Assembly (NCBI GenBank): GCA_002633005.1
Contig: NMRA01000051.1
Coordinates: 1,039,298 to 1,103,297 of the forward strand
Length of the DNA stretch: 64,000 nucleotides
Source: Phoronis australis
Lineage: Eukaryota > Animalia > Phoronida
Direction: 5' to 3'
Part shown: positions 62,703 to 64,000 of the stretch, one piece after another
Layout: each line of letters opens with the position of its first letter
Numbering within the stretch: position 1 is the first letter of the stretch
The notes under the pieces: generated by a model
The model's input: the letters and a program-made list of their open reading frames with translations, nothing else
Told to the model about the DNA's origin: nothing
Databases searched by the model: none
Position numbers and translations under genes: made by a program

Positions 62703-64000
62703 ACTTCTCTCAATGCAAAATGTGTATAAAGAATGGAATGAATGAATCCATTGAGTAGATTCAACTCTTGTCGCAAACATGCACTAAGCCTAACTTCAAC
62801 GGAATGTTATTTTAGACGTATTGGGTTAACCAGGTACTCCTAGCAAAGCTTTAGCAAAATAAGAAAAGGCAAGTTTAATCACGCAAATGTAGGCCCGTGA
62901 AACGATAGGTGAAGCGGCCCTTTCGCGTCACCGCAAGGTCCCTGCACAATAAACAAAACGTCGATATCAGTTGTATTGAATAGGGGTCTGAATAGAACAC
63001 CATTAGGTGCGGCTGTTATTCGCAGCTGCTTGAATTAAAAGGTGACTCTCGCGGTGACGAAGACAAAAGCAAACCAATACGCCTAACAGTTCGTCCCATT
63101 TGACAATTTATGAAACTAGTGGGCTCAGAGCGATGCTCTTACTATTCTATAGCACCCAAATTTACAAGTGTTACCATTCAAGATAGGCTTTAAGGGGATG
63201 TTTACAGTATGTCATAGGCAGATTTAGGGGGGGCCCAGGGGGCCCGGGCCCCCCCCCTTGGCTGCGGCAAAAATAAAACAGTAACGGAACTATGGCTAAG
63301 TATAGAATCTCCCGCGATATCCTAGGCGACCGGCAGCGGCGCTGTGCACTACGACTCCGTTTCCGTCGTCTGAACCACTGTGCAATTAAGAAAATTTACT
63401 TCATTTTTTAAAGAAAATGGAACCTGAGTGACGATGAAAAAACAGAAGCTGTTGGTAAGATGTGAATTTTAATCGAAGCCTTAGTGAATCACTCAGAAAC
63501 TCGCAATATTCTCTTTGTCAAACCTTATCTTAAGACGGTTTCCAAAGCAATCCCTTCATTATTGCCAACACGAAAAATGGATTTGGTCTTTTGGGCATTT
63601 GAAGACTATTTCAAATACGACAAATTTATTAAGAATTGATGGCACAAAATATAAAACGTGTAATAAGCATTACAAAAAGAAGTAGGTTTCGCGCGCAAAC
63701 GCTGTGGCCCATAAACAAGTAAGTCTTTTAGTATGAAATTTGTAGGCAAATGTGGGGGTGTAGTGGTAACGTACGCGCGCTCTGTCCGCCAGGTCGTGAG
63801 TTCGAGTATCTGATAATTGCATTTTTTGTTCCTGTTTGACACGTTCTCCGTGTTTTTTTTGCCTTTTTTTCTTGGATAATACTTCAGGAATCAAGGAAAA
63901 TGCTTGATTTTTAGAGGTAAAAACAGAAAAGTTTCCTGGGCGGGAGGGGGGCAAACCCCCCTCCCGACCTCCCCCCATTCGGTGCTATGCGCATCTACAT

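Overview
Eukaryotic, intron-rich invertebrate DNA; a lophotrochozoan such as a mollusc is my inference from gene and repeat style. The + strand carries the last 11 coding exons of a phospholipase C-epsilon gene (Y-box, C2, RA1, RA2; 12804-23907), and all splice phases are consistent. Its first visible exon appears to use a non-canonical AC acceptor with a perfect U12 branch site. This implies a minor-spliceosome (AT-AC) intron longer than 12.8 kb that hosts two intact antisense LRR-Ig-mucin-TM receptor genes. A third, chimeric pseudogene of that receptor family lies at ~48.4-50.1 kb. Also present: a secreted PAN/Apple + jacalin-like lectin gene, an intronless bacterial-type (YajO/Tas-like) aldo-keto reductase, a cytochrome P450 relic, a full-length but inactivated L1/Tx1-clade LINE with TSD whose empty target site is also in the window, a solo LTR carrying CTCF-consensus and octamer motifs, Helentron-like tandem-repeat elements, several MITEs, a 30-bp minisatellite and assembly gaps. 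All calls were made by eye; no database searches were run.
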